This document shows, in pieces, positions 39,231 through 50,713 of a stretch of DNA of 64,000 nt (the stretch's first letter is position 1; every line of letters starts with the position of its first letter). Source of the stretch: Euglena gracilis. Taxonomy: Eukaryota. Where the stretch lies: NCBI GenBank assembly GCA_039621445.1, contig CP154954.1, positions 16,200,140 through 16,264,139 on the forward strand, given 5' to 3'. The notes under the pieces are model-generated. The model had not been told where the DNA came from, ran no database searches, and was given only the letters and a program-made list of their open reading frames with translations. The translations under genes were made by a program, and so were the position numbers.

Positions 39231-39790
39231 ATGGTTTGGGGGGGGGCCGGTGGCGGAGGCTAGCCGGAGAACCCTGTCAGGGGAAGAGCAGGGGTGGTTA
39301 GGCCTGAGATCTCTGGTCTCCAGGGAAACCAACGGGCTGGCACCCCGTGCCCCCTTTTTGCTAGCGGAAAGAATTGTTACCAAACCCAAACCCAAACCCT
39401 CAACGAAAGAAGAGAATTCAAAAAATGCACGAACAAGACAGGGACCGCCGCACCTCCTCGGGTCATACAACCATCAATCAATCCAGAAGCCTTCCCAAAA
39501 AGCCGGCAGCCAGTGTGCAGAAAACCGTTTCTGCGAATGTCCTTCGGACACCTCTTGTAAAATCTGCGCATTGATCCATATCGCACCCAGGGATTCCACC
39601 GGGCTGATAGTTTGGCTTCTCTGTGTACAGTAAGGGAACTAAATTTGCGGTTGGGTAACCAACTGACCCCCCAGTGGAACCCAGCCTCAGCAAGGCGGGG
39701 AGGTGTTGAATGCCACATGCACAGCTAAGCGGGTTGACGAAGTATAAGCTCCCAATAAAATCCTCCCTGGGGGTCTTGAAATCCCGTCCA

Positions 39791-40006
39791 TGAGGTTTTT
39801 AATAGGTTTTTGGCTGATTTTGTTCCAAAAACTCCCAAAAGAAATTTTCGGCGCTTCGCGCCGGTCACTGGAAAAAAATTCACTAGCTAGCCCTGCTAGC
39901 AGACCCCCCCCCGGGGGGTCTGCTAGAAATCCCACTAGCCAAATTTGGACTAGCTGCAGTCCAACCCCCCCGGGGGGGGTACTGCAATCCCTTAAGCAAA
40001 TGCCTG
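39791..40006. mobile_element. One-ended MITE family C fragment, right arm only
   Basis: Ends in CCCTTAAGCAAATGCCTG and has the family C interior; it occupies the position of left-arm 16168-16265. Confidence 0.85.
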
Positions 40007-41500
40007 CTTGGGACATGAATTTTTTTTTGCTCAAATCGTCCAAAAAAATCTTGGCACTTCCTGACAAAATCTCGTCAATGGGAAAAGCATTTTGAATCCA
40101 AGCGCTGGAAGAAACAGTTTGACCTTTTTGGGATGTGGTCCGGGATGTTCCCCATTGGACCCTCTCCCGGTAGACCTCCCCCCGGCCCACCAGTCGATAT
40201 TTCTTCCTGTTAGAGCACCAACACCTCTCAAAACAAATGGGGAATCTCGTGCCGACACATCACATCGGTGCATGGGTGCAGCACCCCTTGCACCTGTGTT
40301 GTCTGTGCGCTGGATGGTATTCAGGTAATGAATTCTTAATATCCGAATTAAAAATGATACATCAAAGTTAAGAAGCATTTGATGTTTGGAGTCTGATTCA
40401 TCACCAGGGTGGATGAACGCAACATGGCTTTTTGGAAAAAGCGACCTAAAACATCCAATAACATACTTGGGAGAAGCACCCACCTCAGCTGCCTGGAACC
40501 TGGTGCTTCCGGGGGTGCCTCCCAGACCTTCTCCTGGAAACTAGAAAAGCAGTATTCCTTCTTTGTTGTAGAGCAAACCTTGGATCACTCCAAATTCAGA
40601 AACGGGGGAGGGGGGGCTCAACACAGACATACCGTCCAAAGGCCACCAGGGAGGCTAAGCTGACTAATTACCATCAATCAGTGGCATTCCATCGATCGTT
40701 CCTTTCGTGGGTAGTTTAATCAACCTTACCGTGTAAACATCCACAAAAACGACGTGAAAAACTATCGAAAAAAACAATGCATTTGGGGGGTGTTTCCTGT
40801 CTTGTGCCGCTTGTGCGATGCTTATCGGCATGGGGGTCATACTTGGTCACCAAACAAAGCCCGTAGGTGGTTTATATTAGGGGGTTCATTTGGGGGGAGG
40901 GTGACACCAAACCTAAACCCTACCATAAACGTCTTACTAACTGGGTGAACCCATTCCACACCACCCTCCGACCCCCCCCCCGTCCTGACACGCCAAAATA
41001 TGGGGAAAGTGCGAAATGGCATTTTGGGAATGGGAAAAGTGCAGTTGATACGGGGTGTGTTAGCTGGCAAGAAACAAATCAGGGCTTTGCGTTTTGGATT
41101 TAAGCCTGGCAACAGTCAGCCCATTTTGCAACTCATGAATCTGTGAAATGAATGCAAATGCGGAAAAGAAGCTGAAGCTCGCCCTTTCTCTGAGAATATA
41201 GAAAACCAAATTGTTTATTGGTCAATAATTTTAATCTTAACATCTATCCGGATACCTCTGTTTGAATCATCGAACAACACCATTGCCTGGGCACTGTTGG
41301 CTGGTACCACCCCATACGCGTGATGGGCACGGCACAGCACACAACACAGAACAACAGCAGAGCATAACACAACAATGGAAGCCCGCCATACACCACAGCT
41401 CCAGGTGTGGCATCGCTGGGGTGCAGTGCAATGGAACACAATGCGCAGCGCAAGACGGGAGTGACTCGGTATGGGCAGGCGGGGGGGGGGGAGGTATTGC

Positions 41501-41781
<281 letters not shown>

Positions 41782-44645
41782 CGTCTTGGCAACTATTGGG
41801 CAGCAACGTGCTTTTCTTCTCCACCAGTTTGGCGTAATGTTGTAGTGAGGTCCCCCCCCCCTTCACTGCAATGTTAGAACAGGTTCTCCATCCACGACAT
41901 TGGGGATGCTGACATGGGATTCTGACGGAGTGTGGCACTCCGTGAAACCCATTCACCCTCTGCACGGTGCGTCGGTGGATTCAATAAAACCATGCCAAAT
42001 AAAATTAATGGTTTGAGACATGTGCTATTTTAACCGACGCATGTGGTGTGGCTTCTGCATGCAAGGGCGTTCCTTTAGGACCCATGGGGGGTCCAGCTCA
42101 GAGGCTGGAGAGCTTGGGCTGGTTGGAAAAAGGCTGTTGGCTTACCCCCTTGGGGGTGCCAGGGCTGGAGCTAAGCCTGACCCGCGATCGAAACGGGTAT
42201 CACAAAATTGAAAGCGCAAAAATGTCCAAAAAAAAAACTGCCAATTATGCAAAAAAAAATCGATTTTTCGACCCCAAATTTGCCCTGACGATCCCTTTTG
42301 CGACCCATTTCCCCCATTTTTGACCCATTTTGGCCCATTTTTGGACCCCCAAAAGCGAAAATCTGTTACTGACCAGCCACTTTTCAGGCGGCTGGAAAAA
42401 AATAAAACTCGCTCTTGTCAAAGATTTTGTAATCTAACAACAGAAAAAGTGCACAAGGTATGCAGCAGGGCGTTGCTTAAGAAAATTTGACCAGAATTTG
42501 GTTAAAATTGGTTGCTTTCTGCAAAGAAGCAAACGACCAGAGTACAGTGTTGGGCGGCATTCCTTCAAAACCCCTCAAAGTTGCAGTAAATACATTTTTT
42601 ACCATGCAATAAATCAATTTTCACCAAGATGGTGGAAAATAACAAAAATTCAAAAAATAGAAGAAAAATGAATAAATGAATAAATCCGATGATTCAAAAA
42701 CACCATAAAACGGCCACAGCTTCAAATTTGAGATACGTGAGACGAGTCCCTTTAAGTCCCGAGCTTTGCTAACAAAAAGGCCAAAGCCATAACTCGTCCA
42801 GGGCACTTGATATGTTACAAATTTCGGGTCCCACACACAAATAGCTCAAAAACCTTAAGAAATGGCTCAATCTGCAACGACAAGTGTGCATGAAATCCCG
42901 GTAAATTAACATGGACATTCACAGGTCCTTGACCCTGTGAATGCCCGAATAACCTACGGGGGGGGGGGGGCAAAGAAAAAAATGATCGTTTTGGTAACCT
43001 GGCACACCGCCAGGTTTTTTGGGGGGGGTTTGGGGGGGGGGGGTGCCCTCTCCATTGTACTGGCCATTGTTCAATGCTGTCCGAGTGGCTTTTCGGGGCA
43101 CAGCGAATCACCACAGATCAGTGAAGGCCAGCTGCAAAAGGTGGAAATTTTCAGACCGTCGCAAAAGGTTTGGACTCATCATTGTGATTTTCTGTCGCAG
43201 TCACCCCTTGATGAGAAAAAATAATAATAATAATAAATGCGTGATGGATTTGGTGCCCCAGGATGTGGAGTTCCCTGAGGGTAAAACAAGGTTCATCCCC
43301 AATGGCTCCCAGGCGAACAGACCCGGTTCAAATATGTCACTTTTTGATATTAGATGAGTGGGGAAGAACCGCCTTGGCTTTGGAACAGGCAGCCACAATA
43401 ACAAAAAAAGCAGGGCAGGGAAGCGGCAAATGCATATAACGAACCTCTTCCAGCACATCATTCTCAATACTAAAATGCAACCAAGGAGGGACAACACACG
43501 AAGATGGAATTGTTTGCCTCCTCCTTTGTTTGTTGAATACCAGAGGGGGGGGTGGCGAATCCTACCCAGTTTGCACCCCTTGTTGACTGAATACCTCGGG
43601 CCTGGTGGGAGTTAGGGGCCAACCAGAAGTGGTTCAGAAAGCCGGGATCCAGTCGCTCGCGATTGGGAAAAAATTTTGGGAACGGGGCAGGGGTCATGGT
43701 GATAATCTGAAGTTTTCATTCCCATTGAAGAAAGGCCATCGCTCATCCACCCAAAAAGTCAAAAAATGCGGTTTTTTTATTTCATAATATTTCATTTTCA
43801 ACCCTGTTCAACGCCCAGACCGGCCATTGGCAGGTCCTTAGTCCTAAGGCGGTCCATAATGGGGCAGTCTTTAAAAAAAATACACTGCCCCATTGACCGA
43901 CCTGCCCTTGGGGGAAAAGCACATGGACCCAATGGACCAATGCATCACCTGTGTACATCAGGAGGGAGGGGGCAGCCATCAGGCACCAGGTTTTCGGCAC
44001 ATGATGCATGATGCATCGCCAGGTTCCAAGTGGTGGGCAAATGGGAGATCACGTAAAATAAAAGGAGAAATATGAAAAGTCCAGATATTGTGTGAAAAGG
44101 GGAACTCTGGGTGTCTTTTTGAGCTTGAAGAATTTCCCCAATAATACACCCCCCCCGACTCAAGTACCCACCCTGGGCCCAAGTTTTGGATACCTGTATA
44201 ATAAAACACCACCAGGTATACCATTTGGGGGAGGGGTTTCATTGGGCGAGGGTCGCACCAGTAGGGCCTTGGTAGGTTTGTTGTACCAAGCATAATTTTA
44301 AAATATGCTTTTTTTCAGAGGGAATTTGATGAGTTTCCGCTTTGCTTGATTTCTATCAAGGAGTGTGGCTGGGGGTACATTATTTGGGCAGCTGAAATCG
44401 CAGGCCACGGGGCGGGGTATATTATTTGGGGGGAAGTTTGTGAAGGTGTTTTGAAGGCTGCCGATCGATCATCTTCCCTCCATGTCTGTTGGATTTTTGG
44501 ACGCACCTGCCATCAAGGGTCTCCATCCACCATGCCACCACAGTGTCCCCCAAGAGCTTGGGTGAGATGAAAGTGGCTGAACTGCGGCGGGTTTGAGTGT
44601 TTTAAGGGTGGGACATAGAAGTAAACAAAAGGTAAGTCCCGCCAG

Positions 44646-45048
44646 CAGGCTTTTGCTTAAGGAGCCTCGGGGGGGGGGGGGTACTGTCTAGCCAATCGGC
44701 TAGACACTGGAAAAAGTGGACTAGCTAGACCCCCCCTCCCCCCCGGGGGGGGGGGGTCCGGGGGTCCCCCGGACTGGAAAAATGAGGTTTTTAACATGTT
44801 TTTGGCTGATTTTGTTCCAAAAATTCCCAAAAATGGCCAAAAACGGGCATTTTTGGCCATTTTTGGGGGTCCCAAAAAAAAATTTCGGCGCTTCGCGCCG
44901 GTCACTGGAAAAATTTTTCCATTAGCTAGCCCTGGTAGCAGACCCCCCCTGGGGGGGGGTCTGCTAGAAAACCCACTAGCCAAATTTGGACTAGCTGCAG
45001 TCCAGCCCCCCCCCGGGGGGGTACTGCAATCCCTTAAGCAAAAGCCTG
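44646..45048. mobile_element. MITE family C, mirror copy
   Basis: Same TIRs; TSD CCCGCCAG on both sides. Confidence 0.93.
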
Positions 45049-45488
45049 CCCGCCAGGCTCCGGCCACCTCCACATACACAGACAAAAGGTTCAGAGGCGA
45101 AAAACAGCCAGAAGAAGGGAACAGAAGAAGGGATAAAAGGCACCAAAAAAACAGCCACAGTGCACACAGGGGCACTCGGGCCGAAAAGGCCAGAAACTTC
45201 AAAAAAAATTCCCGTGGCTTCCGCGTCGGGTGGCCACTTTCGGGCATTTGTGGCCAACCTCCCGGGGGGGGGGGGGGGGGTCTGGAGCCAAAAACCACTC
45301 CTAAAAAACCAGCCAATCACCCCCCTGGGGGTCAGACAAACCTTAAGCAATGGTATAGTCAGGACCCCCCTCCCCCGAACAAACAATTTTTTTTCTGCTC
45401 AAAGCGCCAGAAAAATTGGGGGGCAAAAAAAAATTGCATTTCACATTATTTTTTTTAAACAATGACAATTTTTGGTTCTGGGCCGGGG

Positions 45489-45514
45489 CTTAGGCAGCCG
45501 AATTCGCACTTAAG
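45489..45514 (+). repeat. Left TIR of the large transposon
   Basis: CTTAGGCAGCCGAATTCGCACTTAAG versus the reverse complement of 56138-56163, CTTAGGCGGCCTAATTTGCACTTAAG. Both are followed about 20 bp inward by GCGCA(T/C)TTGCGCAAAT. Confidence 0.85.
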
Positions 45515-46545
45515 GGTTTTCCCTTTAGGATGGGCGCATTTGCGCAAATGTACCATTTTTTTTGTAACCCCTGGGACCCTGTACCCTGCCTGCCAAAAAA
45601 AAAATTGTGATCGCGGACGGAACTCGTTAGGGCTGGGCAATTCGAACCCCTTCGAATACAAACTTGACTTCTCGACCGAACGGGTGCGCGACCATTTGTA
45701 CCTCTCCCTCTCCGCAGATGGTTGTCTGCACACTGTCCGTGGGACACCCGCCGACACCCTCTTGCACCCCACACCACCCCGCGGCACCCAACTGGCCAGA
45801 TCTGACGGCGTACGGTTTTTGACTTTTGGGTGTCCAAATGTGACCTGTGGATACTGAACGTTTGCCGGGCGATGAAATCAGACACCCTTGATGAATTTCG
45901 AAATTATTGTGATGGTGTGTTGGGTGACATGACTTATGACACACCCCTGTTTTGGACAAGGGCGAAGAAATGCCTGGTGATTGGAACTTTCTAATTGGTG
46001 TACGGAATAAATTTTGTTTGTGGCGCACTGCACACTTGCGCAAATGCGCGCATCAAATGATTATTCCTACTGTGATTGACTGTGCTGCTGAGAGGGTGGT
46101 TGACGCCCCAGATTGTGTCAGAAATGAAAAGTGGTTGTTTAACGACCCAGAGGGCATTGTGCTGCCAGTCTATTGACCTGCACGTTGTCATTCACTCGTT
46201 GTGTCAGTGGGGGTGTGATTTGTATGGCTGGTGGAGACGCTATGACCCATGGGAAGCTACGCTGCTCACCATTTGAGAGTGTGTGTTACGTGCTGGGTGG
46301 CTAAGGCTCTATGGTGGTGTATGGCCGGTGTCCCCTGTCTGGAGTTGACGTACATGGGGGATGGCCAGGCAGGGTACAGCGGTGTATTAATGTGTGCTTT
46401 TTTGTTTGTTGACTTGCGCATTTTGCGCGCACAAACAGTTCCAAATAAAAGAAATGACACACAGGATTGTGGGACGTGTAGCGTGTAATGTGTCTGTATG
46501 AGTGATGTGGACAGGGTGGCGACAACGGGGGTGTGAAGTTAACAG

Positions 46546-47419
46546 ATTTGAGGTGGTGGTGAAAAGGCGGCGTGCCGGCAGACCTGGGGAGGACTGAATC
46601 GAGTCCTTGCAGGCCAGCAGCACCCACTCCCGCCGCCGTGGCTACGAGGGCTACAGCGAGGAGGCCGCCTTGGCCGCGGAGGCCAGGAAGGTGCTGGGCC
46701 AGCTGGTGAAGGCCCACTTCGCCACCAGCTACGAGAAGTTCGTGGCGGCGGTGGTGCAGCGCGGCCACCCGCTGCAGACCCTGGTGGTGCAGGTGGCCCA
46801 CACCCGGGTGCCGCTGCGGACGGAGGGGGGCGCGGCGCTGCTGGAGGAGCTGGCCCGGGAGCTGCGGCGGCCGCGGATTGAGCTGCTGCTCAAGGACGCC
46901 TGGGCGGTGTACCGGGCGCTGCGGCAGCACGCCTGCCCGCGGTCGGCGCAGCGGGTGGTGGCGGAGGAGCACGAGGCGCTGCTGGCCAGGCACCGGGCGG
47001 CCAGCTGGCTGCTGCGGCCCAGTGGGATCCTGCCGGAGGGGCCGATGTGGAACCGGCAGTGGCGGCGGCAGCGGGCCTGTGAGCGGCTGGAGGACCTGTG
47101 GCAGCAGTCGGAGGGGCGGAGCTGCGTCCTGTGGTTCGACAACTTCTGGAAGAGGGCCATGACGTCGAACCCCCGGATGGTGATCCGCACCCACGACTGC
47201 TGCGTGATGGCCATGATGCGGACGGCGGTGGACGCCATCCCGGAGTACCTGGGGTACCCATCGCTGGAGCAGCTGCTGGGCCGCATCCACCGGGTGCCCG
47301 CACGGCTGGTGCGGAGCGACCTGCCGGCGTTCCTGGAGCTGGTCTCGGAGATCAGCGCACGCCCGCTGGAGGCGCACGAGCTGCGCGTACCGCTGAGCGT
47401 GCCCCGAACATCAGAATGA
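46546..47419 (+). CDS. Exon of Academ-like DDE transposase containing the first catalytic Asp motif (VLWFDNF); in-frame TGA at 46595 suggests it is inactivated
   Basis: AACAG acceptor at 46541-46545, strongly GC3-biased codons, ORF 46607-47419, motif CVLWFDNFW...RTHDCC (Asp codon at 47138). The 3' exon boundary is uncertain. Confidence 0.7.
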
Positions 47420-47734
47420 CTGATTTTTTTTTTTGGAACAGCCTGTGCAGGTCAATGGGATGAGGGGACAGAACAACTGCTTATGTTGGTGTTGATGTGT
47501 TGGTGGGAAATGGGTGCCTGTCAGCTGAAGAGAACTGAATTACACCGACATGCGCGCAAACACGCCCACATTACTCTGCATTACATGTTTTGAATTAGTC
47601 TTCGGTGATACAGCAGTGTTTCGTGCAAAGTTCGCTTTTGTACTGTTGGTTCAATTTGATTTGCGCATTTGCGCGCAGGTGCAATTTTAAATCAGCCAAG
47701 GTACCGGACCTTACCCTGTATCTGATTAACGTTT

Positions 47735-47788
47735 GTAAACTGATTTGATGCGCGCATTTGCGCAAATGCGCGCATCGAATCAGTTTAC
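47735..47788. repeat. 54-bp near-perfect palindrome built from the element's GCGCAAAT motif (mirror 8044-8097)
   Basis: GTAAACTGATTTGATGCGCGCATTTGC|GCAAATGCGCGCATCGAATCAGTTTAC, one mismatched pair. Confidence 0.95.
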
Positions 47789-47878
47789 CCTTTGTTTTGT
47801 ATCGGTTGTGTGACTACGAAGTTGGTTTCACCCAGAAGGCGGTGACTCTGATGCCGTTGAGAGAACGCCCGGTGCCCG

Positions 47879-49400
47879 GTGTGGCGCCCCTTCATGCTGA
47901 CGGACGACCGGATCTCCTCCCAGGTGGGGATGCTGAAGGTCCTCCGCTTCCTGAAGGGTGACGTGCTGTCCCGCTTGAAGGCCCCGCTGCCCCTGCTGGT
48001 GGACATCAGCCTCTGGTACCGCCAGCTGAAGGTGGTGTACGGGCGGGAGTGCCAGAGGTGGGACGAGAGCGAGGCGCTGCGGCAGCTGCCCCCGCTGTAC
48101 GGCGTGTGGCACGCGTACAAGCAGGTGCTGTACGTGCTGTACCGCCGCCTGCTGCCGCTGTTCCTGTTCCTGCAGCGGGGCACGATGGCACCAGGCGAGC
48201 AGTGGTCCACCAAGCAGGCGCTGGAGATGTGGGTCGGCGCCATGCTGATGAAGCCAACGGACCGCCGCGCCCGCCTCCGACAGCTGATCCGGACCCTGCG
48301 ACGGTGTCGGGACACCGTGCTGCCGGAGGTGGAGATGCAGCGGGCGTGGCAGTCGGGGAGCGGGGAAATGGAGTGCATCCAGCGGGTGGAGGACTGCCGC
48401 CGGAAGGAGGCCCAGGCGGTGGAGGCCCTGGAGGAGCTGGAGCGGGACCTGGCGGTGGCGCAGGCGCTGGAGGACCTGCTGGTGGTGTGGGCGCCGGCCT
48501 GCTTCGCGCTGGGGTGGCAGGTGCGGGAGTGCCACTGGGAGGAGCGGCGGCCGCAGACCGGTGGACAGGCGCGGAAGGTGCTGTGCAACGCCCTGACGAT
48601 GCTGCTCCACCTGGAGGCACCGATACCCGGACACCGGCCGCGCGGCCACTCGGACTACGTGCGTACGCTGGCGTGCACGCTGCTGATGTGGGACCGGTGG
48701 CACGAGCAGCTGCCCGCCTGCTGCTTATCCGAGGAGGTCAACGAGACAACCCTCAGCAGGCTGGGCGGCTCCATGCAGCAGCACCCGGAGGCGGTGGAGG
48801 TGGAGGACGTGATGGACCTGTACCTCCTGGTGAGGCAGGGGCACCACAGTGCCCGGGAGCTGCGAGCGGGCGGGGTGGACCGGCGGTGGATGGCGGACTG
48901 CCTGCGCAACCTGGACTACCTGCTGGACGGCAGTGAGCTGCGCCCACCGCTGGACGCCACCGACCGCCTGGTCCACCAGATGGTGACGTTCACGTCGGTG
49001 AAGGGGCTGCGCACGGAGAGACGGCAGCTCGAGGACCTCGACATGGACGAGGGGGAGGAGTCCGAGGACCAGTCGGTGGTCCTGCGGTGGCCGGACGGCT
49101 GGGTGGGTCCGCCATCCCTGCTGGCGCTCGACGCTGGACCGAAGGGCGAGACGGCACTGAAGGACGTCCTGCAGTACGCGCTGCGGACGCTCCTGAAGCA
49201 CCAGGTACCCTCCGCCGACACTGCGACGGAGCTGGACCAGCTGTGCTACGACGCGCAGGCTGGCAGCAGTCGCCAGTCGCAGGCGGAGTTGGACCTGTGT
49301 CAGGTCCACTGGGACAGCGTGCTGGGTCGCCGCCGTCCACGCCAGGAGAGGGCTCCTGGGGAGGCAGCAGCCAGACTCGCGGTTGCTCAGTCAATTTGGG
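47879..49400 (+). CDS. Main exon of Academ-like DDE transposase
   Basis: Long GC3-biased ORF (47879-49522) with WRPF..., PLLVDISLWYRQLKVVY (Asp at 48002), PLYGVWHAYK (His at 48110), GHSDYVR and SEEVNETTLSR (48731-48745). This parallels the DN / FDQPLYxKA / LGxFH / HxNYAR / DxxxE motif series I recall for Academ-type transposases. Exon ends are approximate. Confidence 0.75.
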
Positions 49401-49920
49401 GGGCTATTCACTATCACCGTTGTCCTGCTAACATTCATATCTCAGGAACACGGAAGTGTTACTTAGCATTTGCGCATTTGCGCGCATCAAAAATAAAAAA
49501 AACATGTGCACGTGTGTGGTGATGCTGTCAATACGGTTGTACCTTATGAAACAATTTATACTTTTTATTTGCGCAATTGCGCGCATCAAAAGTATAAACT
49601 GTTCCATATTCATCCTAAGTGACATGTGCAGTAGGCCTTGTACGTGTACTGCGTCTGACAAAGAGTTCCTTCAGTCCCCTGTGAAAATAGTGGCCCATTA
49701 GTACAGGCGTTTGTACACCTGTACATGCCCCACATTTCTTTTGGGAATTCTTTGTGTTCTAAAAGTAGATGGGAAGGTACTGAATGTTTGTGGCTTCGTA
49801 AGTTTGAGACTACGAACGTTTTTGAGGATGGGGGGGTCAAACCCTCCCTCCCTGAACACGCAGAATGCATTTTGTGGGCGCAATTGCGCGCATCAAAAAT
49901 AAATTTTCAAAAATTAATGC

Positions 49921-50168
49921 TGTGGTGGACCGCGAATCTGCCGTTGTCCGTGGCTGCCGAGTCCTCGTCCGAGGGGTCCCTGCTTGAGCGACCGACTCGA
50001 CGGTCGCGATTCGAATCACCAGCGGGCAACGAGTCACCTCCGCGGGCGGGCGGGCGGGTACCGGCGGACCCCGCAGGGCGTGGGGCGGCCACAAGCAGTC
50101 GGGACACGGTGCCGCCGAGAGCGGCTCGTGTGTACGTCCCGGCGGACCCCTTCGAGGGGTCCGACTGA
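49921..50168 (+). CDS. Possible low-complexity terminal exon of the transposase gene (...VPADPFEGSD*)
   Basis: Isolated GC-rich island, open in both arms (mirror 5739-5990 on -), ending in TGA. No clear splice acceptor was found. Confidence 0.3.
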
Positions 50169-50713
50169 GCGGATTTGCTGATGAGGCGACGGTTTAATAG
50201 CTTTTGATACAAGCCACACCACACTTTATTTTATGGATCATTCGATGCGCCATAACCAGGTGCATGTTCGCCAAAAGAAAAAAGTTGACAACTCCCCTCT
50301 AGACACCTTCTGGATTTCCAAAAAAGCAGGCCTACGGATGTCCAACAGTGAACCGCCAGTGCGTTAACTGTTTCGCGACCCGAATGCGTGACGTGTCACC
50401 CCCGGTTTGTGTTCGGCAGTTTTTGACACAGATACGCCATGAAAGATTTCGAAAACGTAGCATATCCATACCCGCCGTTGTTACGGACCAGAATAATCCA
50501 TTTTGTGCGTCCCGTCAGAACGTTTCACACTTTTTCCATTTTTTGCCTGAAAATGCCTAAATCGGATGATTTTTTGTCATAATTTGCGCGGAATGCTTGC
50601 CGTAGGTTAGAAGGCATTTCAATGTGCTGAATTCAGTTGTTGCATGTGCAGTTCAGTCACTGGTCACATTCCCCCCCCTTTTTGAAACGGCGCCTTGCCT
50701 CAGGTCACACACC

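Noticed and set aside
45477-45490. 3-4 bp or 9-10 bp TSD for the large element
   Set aside because: The flanks (GGCCGGGGCT and AGAGGGGGGG) are not direct repeats; only a TA reading is possible, so the TSD is unresolved.
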